From NCBI GenBank assembly GCA_036172245.1, contig JAYWIR010000038.1:806001-870000 (forward strand): DNA of 64,000 bases, given 5' to 3'. The stretch is from Raillietiella orientalis. Lineage: Eukaryota. Shown here in pieces: positions 37,502 through 51,500 of this stretch. Within the stretch, counting starts at the first letter, position 1; the number at the start of each line of letters is the position of its first letter. The translations under genes and the position numbers were made by a program. The notes beneath the pieces are model-generated. The model saw nothing but the letters and a program-made list of their open reading frames with translations, was not told the origin of the DNA and searched no databases.

Positions 37502-38499
37502 TCCCCCCCCCCCCCCCCACGTCTCGCCCAAACTCCGTGTCCAAGGAAATTTTTCTGGTTCGCCGATGTCTCGATCTACACCGGAGGGATGGCTGCCGCA
37601 CCGGAGATAATGCTACGTGCAGCCCACCTGATCCACCACTTGTTAACGGAGGGAATCAGTACAGGGTCCAAGTGTGTACAGCACCACAAAAAGGATTGTG
37701 GTGCTGAGCACAAGTCCTCTTCCTCAGCTGGCTTCGATTCCACCGGAAGAACGTGTTGCCTCCTCCATCTGGCATCTCAACATCTCTCGTCAGATCGCTG
37801 CCTCGAAAACCTCCACAGAAGGATCCGCGGAGCCAAGTAGCGGAGACAAAAGAAAAAGGACTCGCGATGGTCGTTCTCGTGCGTTTGCTATGCGTGGACG
37901 GTGAGATGGCACTATCAACTTCGAACCGTCGCTCTGAATAAACGGACCTTTCCGAAGGCGCGCTCCAGGTGAATGCTGCTGTTGTGCCTCTCGTCAATCC
38001 CACCGGTTCGCTCCGCAGACGCGGCGTGGCTGGTGCTTCTTCGCCGTCCTTTCCATCTTTCCGGAGAAACCTGAGTTCTTCCGGATTCACACCCCATAGG
38101 AACCTCGATCTAGAAGATAGTATGGAATGAGGAACCCTGCTGATCAACTCTCCCGAGGGCAAGCGTTTTGGTAACCGACTTGTCGCAAGTTCAATACTCA
38201 TGTGTTGAGCTTGCCAGAGAAAGGGGGAAGCTCTGGAGGGAATGAGAATACGTGAGGGGGAAATCATCCTCTCCCTCATCCCTCCTCGTTCTCCTCCGAC
38301 GTTTGGGGTCGTTCATGACGCAGCGGACTTTTCAACCGCCCCAACCAGAACGCACCGTCGGTTCCGAGCCAACTCTCGAAAGAGGACGGCGTCTGAGTGA
38401 TGCGTTAACACCAGATGTGGCTGCTTTGAACGGGATTCTACTGCAGCGTGCGACAACACCATGAGCGCTCAGGAAGAGGAATTCCCTTTTCCGCACCAA

Positions 38500-39880
38500 T
38501 TCAGGAGAGACAAAACACCTGGAAGGATAAGAGTGCTGAGCAACTGACCCCAACACGGTTACTCTGATGGCATGAGCTCCAGGAAGCCGCTTTTTCCTTC
38601 ACATAGTGTCCTGTGTAACATGCACGCCAGACCATTGCATGGAGGGGCAGGAAGCGCTTCCCGAACTGCTCAAGACGGAGGGATCCTCGAATCCATCCCA
38701 CATCAGTCCTCCATGTAGGTTTCACACTAAAGTCCTATCTCGAGCTGGCCCCATGCAGAGAAGCTTTAAGGAGGATCTTCATAGTGTTCATAAACCGTTT
38801 GGCAGACACAAGTGCACAAAGAACTGCTCCAACAGCGGCTAGGTTCCGTCTTCTGACCGTTTTTTCCGTGGTTGGAAGAGTAACGGACTCTGTCACAGTT
38901 TGGATCTGTAATTTGAAAAGACAGTTTCCCCTGTATATCGAGAGTTCTACATTTGAGAAAACCTGGAACCCAGAGACCCCTCTCTTCCCCTCTCCTGACA
39001 ACTTATTCATATTTTTTATCATCCCCTCCCCCAAGCAATTCCACATTTCTCCAGGAAGGAGAAGCGTACAGCAGAGTACAGCACCCTTGCCGGCAACAAC
39101 CGCATCTGCCTACTTCCTGCATATAAGCACCCCAGAGCAACTAACCTCCTCCTCGTGGAGGGGGCTGATCGCTCTTGTTTTCAGTTCTTCTGTTCTCGCT
39201 GGATTTTCTAACTGCAAGCAAGCCGCTTGCCCAGTCCAACGGGTGAACCCAACTGGCAGATGTCACCCTTTCGTAGCTTTGAGCAAAGATTTTCTTAGCT
39301 TCCTCCATCACAATGATTCCGAACCGTCGAAGCGTGTTCCTTAGAGAAAGTGCATTTCGCATTTCTCCGTCATTGGAACCACATCCTCCTTCAAGATTAT
39401 GGACCACTTACCCATGTTGGCAAGGGTCATGTCATCCATGCTGTTGAACAAGGGAGGGAGAGGGGTAGTAGGAGGGATTCAGTCGTTAACATCCCTCGAG
39501 GATTAGTGCCGTCGAACCTGGAACGATGCAGATTGCGGTTTTCCGGATGATACCGGAAGGAAATTTCGAGACCACGAAAACCTTGGCTTCTCTCTCCATT
39601 CTGTTTGGGGAGGTGTCAAGGGTAGCCTCAACTAAGGTCACGTGAATTCGCCCTCATCCGCTCCAGCGACCAGTTTTGCGAAAGGTGCTGCCTCTGTGTA
39701 CCTAGAAAACTTTCCCAAAGAATCCAGTCTCCTCCGTGAAAGTTCCTCCGGAGAGATGTAAGGACCCAGGACTCTTTGGAAGGGCCTGCACTATTGGAGA
39801 AGCTGATCTTTGGGACACGTACGAGCTCCGAAGCGTCTTTCACCCTTCATCCAGAGTCCATTCTCTATGCATCTGTAACT
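38500..39880 (-). mobile_element. Decayed RTE-like non-LTR retrotransposon RT region
   Basis: Ordered minus-strand remnants: ERRFGARTCPKDQLLQ (cf. QxGFRxGRxCxDQI), PLPPLFNSMDD (SPxLFNxxxD), LRNTLRRFGIIV, SGVLIC (LGVxI) and ELSIYRG..TVTESVTL (LxYGxETWTL). Confidence 0.45.
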
Positions 39881-40469
39881 GACAACAAAAGTTGCTCGAA
39901 ATAAGAGGTTCCGCTTTGAAAATGCTCTCATATTCCTCTCACATTAAGTTTGAAAAGTTAAGTTTGAAAGTATTTCGTGGCTGTTCCTTTGAAAAGGTCT
40001 ATATTTTTTTTAATGATAAATTCAAAATGTGTTATTATATGCAATGGAAAGTTTCCAAGAGATTGAGAAAGTCACACAGAACGGAGCCACATGGTTCTCA
40101 TATTTTGGTAGTTTTTTCATGAATCTGTTAGAGATTGAAGCATTCGTCTTATTTATTCGCTTTTAAAAAAAAAAAAACATGCCGTACGATGAGAGAATTT
40201 TTAAAACACAACTTGTACGTCGTTTAGGGAAGCATTTCGTTCCGTAGAAGGCGTTGGGGATTTTTGGATGCTGAGAGCAGTTGGATAGCCAGAGGAAAAG
40301 CATGGGAGACAAAGCTTCGTATGCGCTCGCGGGCATAAAACCATCCAAAAAATGAAAAAAGAGCAGGGATCAAGTACGAACTGGGATTCGGTACTTGTCC
40401 AGACGAATTCCCTGCAGAATATGGTACACTCACGAATGTGAAGTGCACACGACGACGACCCTGTCTTTG

Positions 40470-40530
40470 TGCGAGCTCGCAGCGCGCAGGCGCAGCCCAG
40501 CCAAGGGACCCCTCACGTGCAGTAACGGAC
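40470..40530 (+). promoter_or_regulatory. Candidate DRG2 promoter elements
   Basis: CpG-rich patch about 200 bp upstream of the DRG2 ATG with an NRF1/Ewg-like GCGCAGGCGCA (40484-40494) and E-box CACGTG (40514-40519). Motif match only. Confidence 0.3.
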
Positions 40531-40697
40531 AAATTGATGTGATAGTCCAAAATTGAATAATAGCTCGGAATTGAGTAATAGGTCGAAATTGGCCCCTTTA
40601 GCTGGTGTCCCTTTTTTTTTTTTTTTCCATCCTTGTGCGTGGTTTTTTTTTTTTTTTATTTTCATTGGGAATTAAGAGATCCTGGTAAGGAAACAGA

Positions 40698-43600
40698 ATG
40701 GGAATCTTGGAGAAAATCTGTGATATTGAAAAAGAAATCTCCCGTACCCAGAAAAATAAAGGTAATTCGGAATTTTTCCCGAATATGGTTGTTTTTATTT
40801 CTTTATGAATTGAAATGTTGGACCTCAAGTGCTTGATTATCCATGAGAGGCATGTGTCAAGCAGTTGCAATTCACTTCCAAAAAGATATGGTCAACATTA
40901 TAATGACTTTCATCTTCATTAAATTTAAATTTTTTTAAATCTAAGCTATCACTTCATTAAAAGACCAAAAAAATTCTCAACGTATGTTCTTATGTTTTTT
41001 CATTTCATTAGCCACTGAATACCATTTGGGTATTCTCAAAGCCAAATTGTCCCAGTATAGAATGAAACTTCTGGAACCACAAAATAAAAAAGAAAAAGGT
41101 GAAGGTTTTGATGTTTTAAAGTCGGGAAACGCAAGAGTTGCCCTTATTGGTTTTCCTTCTGTTGGCAAAGTATTGCTACTTTTAATATTTTTTAAACTAA
41201 AATTTTTTTTTCATTTGTAATTCTACTAAGTTTCTGAGCATGCTGCATCTCTATAATTAAATCTCCGATTAAGAGCTATGATGCATAATTATCAAGAAAG
41301 CAAAACAATCTCCTTTAAGTGTATATTTTGAAAGTTTTAGATGCAGTGACACAAATGCAATGTATTTTTCAAATCAAACTCCATAAAAATTATCTAATAA
41401 CTATTCTGTAATTGCCCTTTATAATGCTGGAGTGTTCGTATTTTTGAGTGCAACATAATTGAATGATACTGAAAACATGAAATTGTTTTTTAATTTAATA
41501 CTTGCTGCTCTAATATTACTTTGTAGTCAACTTTGTTGTCAACATTAACAACTACCAAAAGTGAAACTGCTGCATACGAATTTACAACTTTAACTTGTAT
41601 ACCAGGAATTGTTCAGTATAATGGTGCACATATTCAGCTTCTAGACTTACCAGGAATTATTGAAGGTGCATCTCAAGGAAAAGGCAGAGGACGGCAGGTA
41701 ATGGTTTCACATGATAGATCTGGAATTTTCAGAATGTAGCAAAAGATGTCACATGTAATTGTGACTAATTTAATGCATAAGAATTGATATCTGGAATTTT
41801 CGTGTTGTTGATGTGACATTTTGAAAACAACAACGATTTTCCATTATGCATGTGTTTGTTTTGTAATAAGCAAAGTCCTTCCCATATGTAGTCCCATCAC
41901 AGGTTCTGATTTAGCACATGTTTCCCATGTCTAAGGCATTGTAAAGTCTTACTAAAGATGACTAGGAATTGTTCTTTCCTTACAGCAATTTGGAGTTTGG
42001 AATAATTAATTTGAAACTGATTAGTTTCCCACAAAAAAGATACACTGTAAAGAAAAAAAAAATAGTGGAACATCTCAAATGCATCTCTAAAATTTAGTTA
42101 CAATCCCATAACAAGAGGTACCATCATTTCCACTTCTATAAGAGGAGCTGCTTCTTGATAACCAGAAATCTGATGTTTAATTGAGAAATACCTGAAGAAT
42201 CCAATTTCACACTGTGTTGCAACAATGACAGTTGATCAACTGTCAGCCACTAGATCATCAATACTACATTGCATTAAAAATCTCCTTAAAGACTGTCTAG
42301 CAAATGCATTAAAATACATTTATTAGACTTCGCAGTTTTTCCAGAATAGTGTGTAAAATTGCTTTCAAAAAAAAAAAAAAGAAAAGAAAGACAAAAATCG
42401 CTTTTTCAAAAAAAAAAAAACTGTCATCAAAGTAGCAGATGGGATTTTTTTTATTTCATGAAAGTGATGGTCTGGATATCACTAATGTTCTAGAAACCCA
42501 TTTCTCCTGCACTACCATTTTTTTTATGGCACTATGCAATATGCTGAAGCTTCATTCTTGATAGAGGATAATTTTGTCCTGTTTTAGAAAAAATCATTTG
42601 TTATCGCCATGTGTTTTATCTATAATGTATATACAGCTCCTGATGTGATTAAGCTTGCATCATGTGCTTCAGGTGCTGAAAAGATTTTCAGAATATGTAA
42701 AAAAAAGTTCTGATAATTATTATGAAGAAGTGAGCTTTATACTCCTAAGTGAGTTATAATAATGAAATGAAAGTGGTCATAAAAGTTACATAGGGTTTTG
42801 AAGTGTATTTTATTTGCTGAAGATAATTTTTTCAAAATCATCAATTCATTATTTTATTTGTGGAGTTCCATTCAATTAAACAGGAAAGTTCTTGTTTACA
42901 GGCTTCATGGTTCAACTATGTCAGCATATTCTCAATTGCTTTTTGCAAAATGTTTAGTACTGATTCGCGATGTTTAATACTGTTTAAAACATAATTATGA
43001 TGAATTTCTTATTTTCGTCGTACAAGAATATTATTCAGTATTTTCACTTTGCAGCTTTCAAATCCATAAGTTTTCTAGGCAGAATCAATTTCCAATCATA
43101 AGGCATTTTATGTTGTAGAATGTTACAAATAATTCGCCCATTATTCAGTTTTCAATAAAAAATTCTGAATGGTAAAGTTGCTCAAGAAGGAAAGCAAAAA
43201 TTGTATTCAAGAAAGGAACTTCAGAGTTAGGCATGATGGAATCAAAAATATCAAAGAAGTCTGTTATGCAGAATTTGTCAATCTAAAAAAAATGATAGAA
43301 TTTGAAACCAGTTTTCAGGGCTTTATTGCATTTAAGCATAACATGAAATATTCATAGAGAAACTTGTGATGTAGTTCACATTTGATAAAAGTTAAATTTC
43401 CCATTAATTGCTCGTACCTTCTGATGGAACCAAAAAAAAAAATTTACAGAAAACTTGATAACAGTACATTCAGTTCTTTCATGTTGCATCCCCCAAGTGA
43501 AAATTCGTTAACATCTATTCAGATAGGAGTTGATTTTTCAGCATTTGCTGTTTGAGTTTCTTGTGGGCTTAGTGCCCTTTAATGAAACAGTTGTGTAATG

Positions 43601-45153
43601 CATCCATCATATTGGGCACTGTCAAATATTGATTTAGCCATGTATACTTTTTAACAAACAAGTCATTTTTCATAGTCAGATCATAGAACGATCTTTTTGA
43701 AATTCAAATTATATCAACACTAAAATGGTTGTTCAATTTACTACTGTTAAAATGAGTGAACATCTGATTGTTCCCTTAGGTTATTGCTGTAGCCAGAACT
43801 GCAGATCTTATTCTAATCATGTTGGATGCAACAAAACCTGATGTTCAAAAGACTTTGCTGGAAAATGAGTTAGAAAGTGTTGGAATAAGATTAAATAAGA
43901 AGAGACCAAATATTTATTTAAAAGTAAGAGTGCACATCATGTGATGTCAAACAATCAGTTGAGTTTCTTTGCTTTGTAATTAACAGAACAGAATACTTGT
44001 TTTGTACATTTCCTTTGTTCACGTTTCCTTTTTTATGAATAGAGCATTGTGTGTAATCTACATAAACTTATTTGTTTAAAGCATTTTTCGAGTGATCATG
44101 TTTATCGTAGTTACTTTTTGTTGCGACAAATCTTTGGTGGAATTAACACCATTTCATTCAGAATTCTGAGTGAATGAAAGTATGAATATATTTTCATTTT
44201 TTCATGATAAAAACTGAAGATCTAAGTAAACTATATGATTTTTCCAATTATATGCGTTTTGTTTAATATCTTTGATGAAACCCATTTTCCATAATTCATT
44301 TGGTTTCAACTGTTCTTGCAATAAACTATGCTATATTAATATAAATTACAGACAGTTGGACTATAAAATCTTTATGATAAATTTGCAAATAGCATTCTTA
44401 TCTTGTGAACTTCAATTATGTGGATGTTATCAGCATAGAAAATTGGGAGGCATCTCCTATAATTCAACCTGTACTCAAACATATTGTGATGAAAAGCTGG
44501 TACAGCTCATTTTGCATGAATACAAAATTCACAATGCTGAGGTAAAATTAAAAGTGCACATCACATGTTGTTAAACATATGTTGTTTCAATTTTAGGTCT
44601 TATTTCGTGAAGACTGTACTTCTGATCAATTGATTGATGTGATTTCTGGAAATCGCGTGTATATTCCATGTCTGTATGTATACAATAAAATTGATCAAGT
44701 TTCTTTGGAGGAAGTGGATCACTTAGCACGATTGCCCTACAGTGTTGTGATCAGGTGAATTTAATTGTGATCGATCAAAACACATATGCCCAATTGTTAG
44801 CTGCAACTTGATGCTAAATTTGGATTATCTTTTGGAAAAAATGTGGGAGCATTTGTCCCTTATTCGGGTATATACTAAAAAACCTGGACAACCTCCAGAT
44901 TTTATTAATGCTATTATATTGAGAAATGGTAGTACTGTGGAAAGTGTATGTCATTCCATTCATAGATCGCTAGTGCAAAGCTTCAAATATTCCCTGGTTT
45001 GGGTAAATATAAAACACAGAACTCCACATTTGCATAAGATTTAGTGACCTAACATCTCATTTTTAGGGTACAAGTACAAAGTATAGTCCACAGCGTGTTG
45101 GACTTGGACATATCCTCCATGATGAAGATGTAATTCAGATTGTGAAAAAGTAA
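40698..45153 (+). CDS. DRG2: Developmentally regulated GTP-binding protein 2 (OBG-family GTPase), 363 aa, 8 exons
   Basis: Exons 40698-40761 (MGILEKI..RTQKNK), 41012-41169 (ATEYHLG..GFPSVGK), 41527-41697 ([20 protein letters not shown]), 43780-43923, 44434-44541, 44597-44754 (YNKID), 44801-45002 and 45067-45153 (TGS domain, stop). The N-terminus MGILEKI/ATEYHLG is DRG2-type rather than DRG1-type. Confidence 0.97.
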
Positions 45154-45379
45154 CATGCAATATAGGTTATGAAAGCATTCAGTTTATTGCACTTTGGCTG
45201 CAATTGGAAATTATTTTTCAGGTGCATTCAGTATAAAGAGTTGCAGCTGTTTCAAGTAAATATGACATTTTTCTTATTAAGATATCACTCCATTCATCAT
45301 TTTCACTTATTGTGCTGGGCATTCCGTGAAAAGAGAAAAAAAAAAAAGCCCTCAGTAATCGCAACCTAACAAAGTGCCT

Positions 45380-45900
45380 CGCTAATTTTTTGTATTCAGG
45401 TATTTGAGTACATTGAAATTTTCAGACTGTTGTCTTTGCCTGCTTTGCACTGACTTGGCATTTACAACCTTGTTGGGGATAAAACAAACTAATAAACTAA
45501 CTTGGAAAAGCTTATTGTTAAAGATAATTTGAGCAGCTAAAGCAACAAAACATTTGAGTTTGTAAAAATGTATTTTACAACAGATTACCCATCTAAATAC
45601 CTTACTTATCTTTGACATCCGAAGGAAATTTGTTAAGTGCATTTAGTATATTTAAAAACTTAATTAGAAGAAGGTTTTAAGAGAGAAGGGAGAGCTGTTA
45701 CAGAGGGGTCTCATATTAAAAACTGCTGTAGACTTCCTGATCTACATTAAATTAAATTTTGCCAAACGTATCACTTTCCTTGAAGTACTTGTGTTTAGAA
45801 GCATTTGGAAAATTGGTCTCCTTCACATACAATACACTTTTTTGATTAAAGGAAGTTGACAGTACACTCGTGCAGGTTCAGTTATGTTTAAAGGGAAAGC
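45380..45900 (-). mobile_element. Possible P-element/THAP9-like transposase C-terminal relic
   Basis: Minus-strand VYCQLPLIKKCIVCE...SLLKPSS..VF resembles the YxAGY..KKxxCxxC...GLxxPS pattern. Many stops; weak. Confidence 0.2.
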
Positions 45901-48539
45901 ATTCCGTGTATACAGCAGACTGTTGTATAACTCAAAAGGTAAGAATGTCCGATACTGATGCAGTGAATCAACACCAGCACAAAAATATCAAGAACTAAAT
46001 GGGAACGGAACTTTGTACAATGCCACATGGAACGAAATTAGAATCTACGTGTAAAACTGAACATTTTTAAGCACGTTCGTTTAGAATTACAGTTACTGCT
46101 TTTGGAATGACCGTGATTTGTATATCACATCTCGAACTACAGCATGTAAAACCAGGAAGGGTTATTTTCTGGTGTTGTACCAAAATACTGTACATTATGG
46201 GCATTAATTCTGTATGCCTATTTTCATCTCATGATGTATGGGCAGTTGGCGTGACCAGCCGTGAATCAAAAGTGGCAGCTTTTAATGCACTGAGTGCTCC
46301 CAGCCACATATAAGAAGGGCCCAGTGAATGGCGAGAAACGACCGCGAATGCTTTCCGGCCCAGCTTCCCCTTGCCCGTGGGCCCAGCATGATTGCAGAAC
46401 ACGCTCAAGTGGATATGGAAGGTTTCTCCAGACCAGACCCAGTCTGTGTGGAACTTTCCGGGAACCAGAAAACGTCGTGGGAGCTCGGAGACAACCGTGC
46501 GTAATCTATCCCAACCGGAAATCCAACACTGTTGCAAACACGGATGTGATACAAAACACGACAGCATCATGCTGCTGGACCCTCGCGCATGCTCAGCTAA
46601 ACGGTGGAAAACAAACCCGACGACAAGTTGCTGTTTGAACGCGTAACCCGGCTGAAGTTGCACAAAAACTCCTTTGCTTGCCAAAGCAGGTCGCACTGAA
46701 ATTTGCAAGCGTCCACAAGTGGACAAGTGGCCCGCTAGCAAAACCGTGGATGGTATAAAGGGGACGGAACGTCGAGCAATGCAGAGTTATTCACGTTGCG
46801 AGGGTCTTTGACTTCGTTTGCCTCGATGATGAATCAAAGAAAGCGAATGAAAAAATGACCCTATGAATCTCGAAATTAAGTTTTCACGCCTCCAGCGAGC
46901 AGAGGGAAAAAGCGGGGGGTCGGTAAGGGCCCTCCTTTGCCTAATTATTCATTGCACCCTCAGTGCATGGCGCTGCAGGCTCCTCCTGTAGTCAATGTGC
47001 AAGGTGGCATTGGTTCCTCAGCTGTCGCGGTGAACGGGAAGGGAGATGACTTTCATTGGCTTCTAGGTTTAACTGATTGCATAACTTTGGAAACATGAAT
47101 AAGCGCATTCTGAAACTTCTAGTCAAGCTGAGAACATCTCAACTGAAAGCCACATTTCAGGAGGCTCCTCATTTGCCTCGTTTCCTAATGTGGACAAAAT
47201 TCCTGCCGCACCTGAAGGTCAAAGTCTTTAGGCCTCCCTTCGAAAATCGCCATTATCCATACTGACGGACGTGACAACGAACGGCATCCACCTCCAGGAG
47301 TGCGGGAAACCACTCTCCCTGTCTTATTTCCGCCTCAGAACACGCTCCGCTTTCCTCTCTTTGCAGTGCTGACGGTGGTCACTGAGTGCCCTCGTCTGCT
47401 CTCGAACATCTGTGAGCATTTTTCTGCTGTTGCTTCCCCTTCTTTGTCTGAAGGAGACATGGACACCTCTTCTTCTGCAGCCCCGCAGCAAGCCCCAGTT
47501 TCGAAGGCTCGTCGGAGTACATAAGAAGCTAACCAACTGGCCACTCCTCTTTCTGCTACTTCTGCTGGTCCTCTCCTTTCCTCCTCCTCTCGTTTTCTCT
47601 CCTTTCCTCTCTTTTCTACTTCCTCCGATTCTTCTCTCCTTTTTTCCTTTCTCTCCTCTTGGTTCTCCCTGCCCGTTTCCACCATTAGCGAGTCGAGTGT
47701 GTGCTTTACGCCCAGACGGAGCAACCACTGCTTCGCGCAGTACTGCCACTCTAAGCAACCAGATGAAGCAATCTAATGGTTGAAGCAGCAGCAGTATCCC
47801 AACTTCCCCAGGCAAGCATCCCCATCACGCCCCCATTTCCCCGATCCTGCGCGGGCTCTACCCACTCAGGACGACATTCCCTTTCGGAAAACGCGAGCGC
47901 GGGGGAGACGAAAAAAAATTCAGAAGCCAAGGCAAAGTGGAGTCAAAAGGACGGACGGAGTGGGAAGGAGGTGCCGTCGAGCGAGGCTCGGTGCGACTGA
48001 AACGGAGTGGTTCTGAGAGCGGGAGACACACCCCGATACGGTGGCAAGACGGACGGGAGCTATGGCCGCCTCTCACCAGTGCCGCCGGTGGTAGTGCGAA
48101 GGCACCGCTCGCGGATTCCTGACTTGGATGATGGAAGAACGCTCGAACCCATTTCCATCTCCGAATAGTTTAGGGAACGATCCTTCCCTGCTCGTCTCTC
48201 ACTAATGCGAAGATTCGAAGGATGCCTGAGGGCTGGATCAGTCACTGAAGCGCACGGGAAAAAAACTCTGAACCTTCCTGGCGAGCTGCTCTCGCTGCAG
48301 GAAGGCGGGGATCGTTTCAAAGATCCCATGGAACTCATCTGCGCCCCATCTTATTCCGGAAGGCACTTCCGGAAAACAGGAGCTTTTGAGGAGGCCCATT
48401 CCCCCCGGGGCAGACAGCCTGGTACGAGTCCGCTGACGGAGTCGCTGCGACGACAAAGAGGCGAACCAGGCAGTGGGAACCGTAGCAGGGTTGCCAGACT
48501 CCCAAGGCCAATCATGCACCTCGCTGGAGCACGTCACGA

Positions 48540-51500
48540 CGCGTGGTGAGAGCAGATGCCACTCCCACCTGTGCTCGAGGGCGTCCCCCGAGGAGAGATG
48601 CACCACGCAGCTCCTCGTGGCCGCCGCTGTCGCGGTGGGTCTCCAGGTGGCTCGGTGAACCCCTCCCCTCGACCGCCTTCACTTTTCGTAAGTAACGGCT
48701 GCCGTCATCGAAGATCTCACAAGAAGAACTGCACACAAAGAGCAGACGGCCGCCCACGGAGTTCCACGAGCTCTTTGCGTCAGGGCTGGCGTCCTTGGGG
48801 CTGCGGGCAAATTTGGGACGCTGCCGATACGGGGCTATGGCAGACCAAGTGCCTGCCACTTTCATGTCAGCCAGGGTTTGCCCTTCAAGGGAAAAGGAGA
48901 CATCAGGCCCATTATTGCATAAGTCTAAGAAGAAAATAAATCTTCGACTCGCATATCTTCTAGAAGAGAGACAGAGAGGGAACAGTAGGTGAATAAATAA
49001 AAAGGGATGGAGAGATACAGATTACTAGTTGAACCCTCCACGTCTTCTGCAGTCTCGGGAAGATGCCGGCAGCATTCTCGTTGGCTGCTTATTTCAAATG
49101 AGACCATTTCCCCACATTCCTCATCTCTGAGGAGGCTAGAAAAGATCCACAGTCCTTCAGTTCTTGTAGCGTGTTCTGGAAAGGCACGACCCCTTCCTCC
49201 TCTGGAGCAATGCAGGGATGCAATTGGGAAGTTGCGAGAGGATCCTTAGAATATGAAGCAGTACAGCGGCAAACTTCTGAGGGTGTCTTCGTGGCGGAGC
49301 AGGGTGTGCTCGCAAGGCATCTCCAAACGCAAAGGAGGGCGCTGCAGTACAGTAGCAGGTGAAGAATTGTTTCAGCATCCCCACACCTGTTACAGTTTGG
49401 GGAGATGCCCCCTCATCCAGCCAAGTCAGACCAGGGAAGTCCCATGCACGAAGAGCAAAGCCTAATGTACAATGTAATGTACCGCTTGAGGGGGGATCAT
49501 GGAGCTGTCCACAAATGGGGGAGGATGAGGAATTCCGAGGGGAGGGGGATGTGCGAATCCGCCGTTCAAAGGAGCATCCCTTTGGCTCGAGCGCTGGATT
49601 TCACCGAGTAGGCCAGTCGACCGATCGCCTAGGAGTTCAGTCTCCCGATCAGCCCACTCCTCCTGCAGGAATGCGAGAATCGGAAAAGAGGGTCCCTACT
49701 TCCCCTACCGATCTTCGCCATCCATGTCCGAAGAAGGGGTGGCAAAAAAACCTTGAACGAGACAGAGAACTCGTCCCCGGATGTAATGGCCTTGCGGATG
49801 CACGGAGAAAATCCGTAGATCCAGATGCAGAGTCGTTGGCTCGTGTCCATATGAATTGCATGAAGACGAGGACGATGCCGGAGGGCTCGAAACATTGCTA
49901 GGCCATTTCAGTTCCAAAGTCCCCTCCTCCATCGGCTGAATTCCTTTAGCTGGACGAGGACCGATTTCGACCGGGGAGAGCGCATGCAGGTTTCATGCCG
50001 CTTGTGTCTCTCGCAAGTTTCGTGAATCCACGGGGGGACCCCACCTCTCCTCAGCAGAAGGGATTCCTCCCCTTCGACAGGGTTCTTGAACGGAAGAATT
50101 TCATCCCCCGGAATAAACCGGATGGAGTCAAGAGAAAACCCACAGCATCCATGGAACGGGCGGGTGCTCAATCGATTTCTCACGCATTTGTGCTGAGAAC
50201 AACCTTGAGTGGAGTTGGGTGAGTCCTTTGAGGCCCTGATTCCAGACAAGTCCGTTTGGGAGCGCGGACTGGGATCGGAAAGAATCCAAATCTTCAAGAG
50301 GAGTTCGAGCTGTGAGGACTGCCCGATCAGCTCCCTGCTGCTTTCCGCTATTCGGATCGGAGCGCCTCTCGCGGAAGCCTGCGGAGTCTTTGGGGTCACA
50401 CTGCCTCTGATCATCCACGCGGATGAACTTGACGTCTCCTTGGAATCCTAAGGTGGCTTGAGCTCGTGTCTTGAGATGCTTGAGGCATTGCATACAGAAG
50501 CCGGCCCCTGGGGTAAACCTATGCGAATGCTCTTCCCCGCACTCTGAGGATGCAGAACCGCGTGGATCTGGGACCACCGTTCTTTCGACAAATGAAGAGG
50601 TTGTCCCTTCCCTGAAAATACGCCGGGCATACAAGTATTCAAGAAATCCAGTCGGTTTAAGGAGACTCCCTACCGACCCATCCAAGCGTCAGCTGCTAAC
50701 CAAAGCGGTCGGCATTTCGGACCCTAAGCCATCTCCATGGCAAAGATGGATACCTCGAGAATCTTGTTTCCAAGTCTCATGCAGGCCAGAAATCCCCGGA
50801 AAGGAGAACTGGGTCATCACCAATTCCAGCACTAGGAAACGCGTCAAGAGATGCGTAAGCTTTCCTGGCAGGGCAACTGGTGACCGGACGTGTCACTCGA
50901 AGCGCCAACTGTACTGCCGACAACCGTTTTTAGCTGCTCACACCGTTCGTGATCTAGCGGTAAAGAACAGATCTCGAGGTAGAATGGAGCCAGAAAGCTC
51001 CAGAAGAGGAGAAAATTCGGTCACCACCCTGGGACGGTGATTCCTCAACGTTCGTGTCGGGGTCAGTCGCTGGAGGATGCGTTTACCCTACCTATCCTGG
51101 TCCTCGTGCTCGTCTTGCAGCAAAGGTCGACCGAAATTCGGATATTTTGAAACAGCGTATCCTTGGTAACTCTTCTGCCATTCCATCTCTTGTTCCCTCA
51201 TACTCGGGCATTGCCCGCCCCATAGGAACTGCGAAAAAGTACCCCACCGCGCCCGAGAGCTAGGAAAGCGTGAAGGGAGATGAGGCTTCTCGGTGAGAAA
51301 GGGGAAGCTTGCCGGTGTCTCCGTGACGACTGCTCTCCCGATCACCGAGGGACTCCGCCCTTCGAGGGCTGGGCTCCGCGAGAGAATTCTGTCCGCTTCA
51401 CGATCTGTTGGCGTCCCCGCAGTTGCCAGATTTTCCCTCGCGGGAGAATTCGGGGCCCGTGGCAGATGGAAATTGCGCGTCTAAGGAGTTCTTGGACGTC

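Noticed and set aside
46229..46741. 170-aa minus-strand ORF
   Set aside because: No recognisable domain or splice context; probably decayed repeat.
47335..47724. ORF with a Glu/Arg-rich stretch and zinc-finger-like CSQMFESRRGHSV
   Set aside because: Mostly translation of a purine tract, and the finger lacks its ligands. It may be a retroelement N-terminal relic but cannot be supported.
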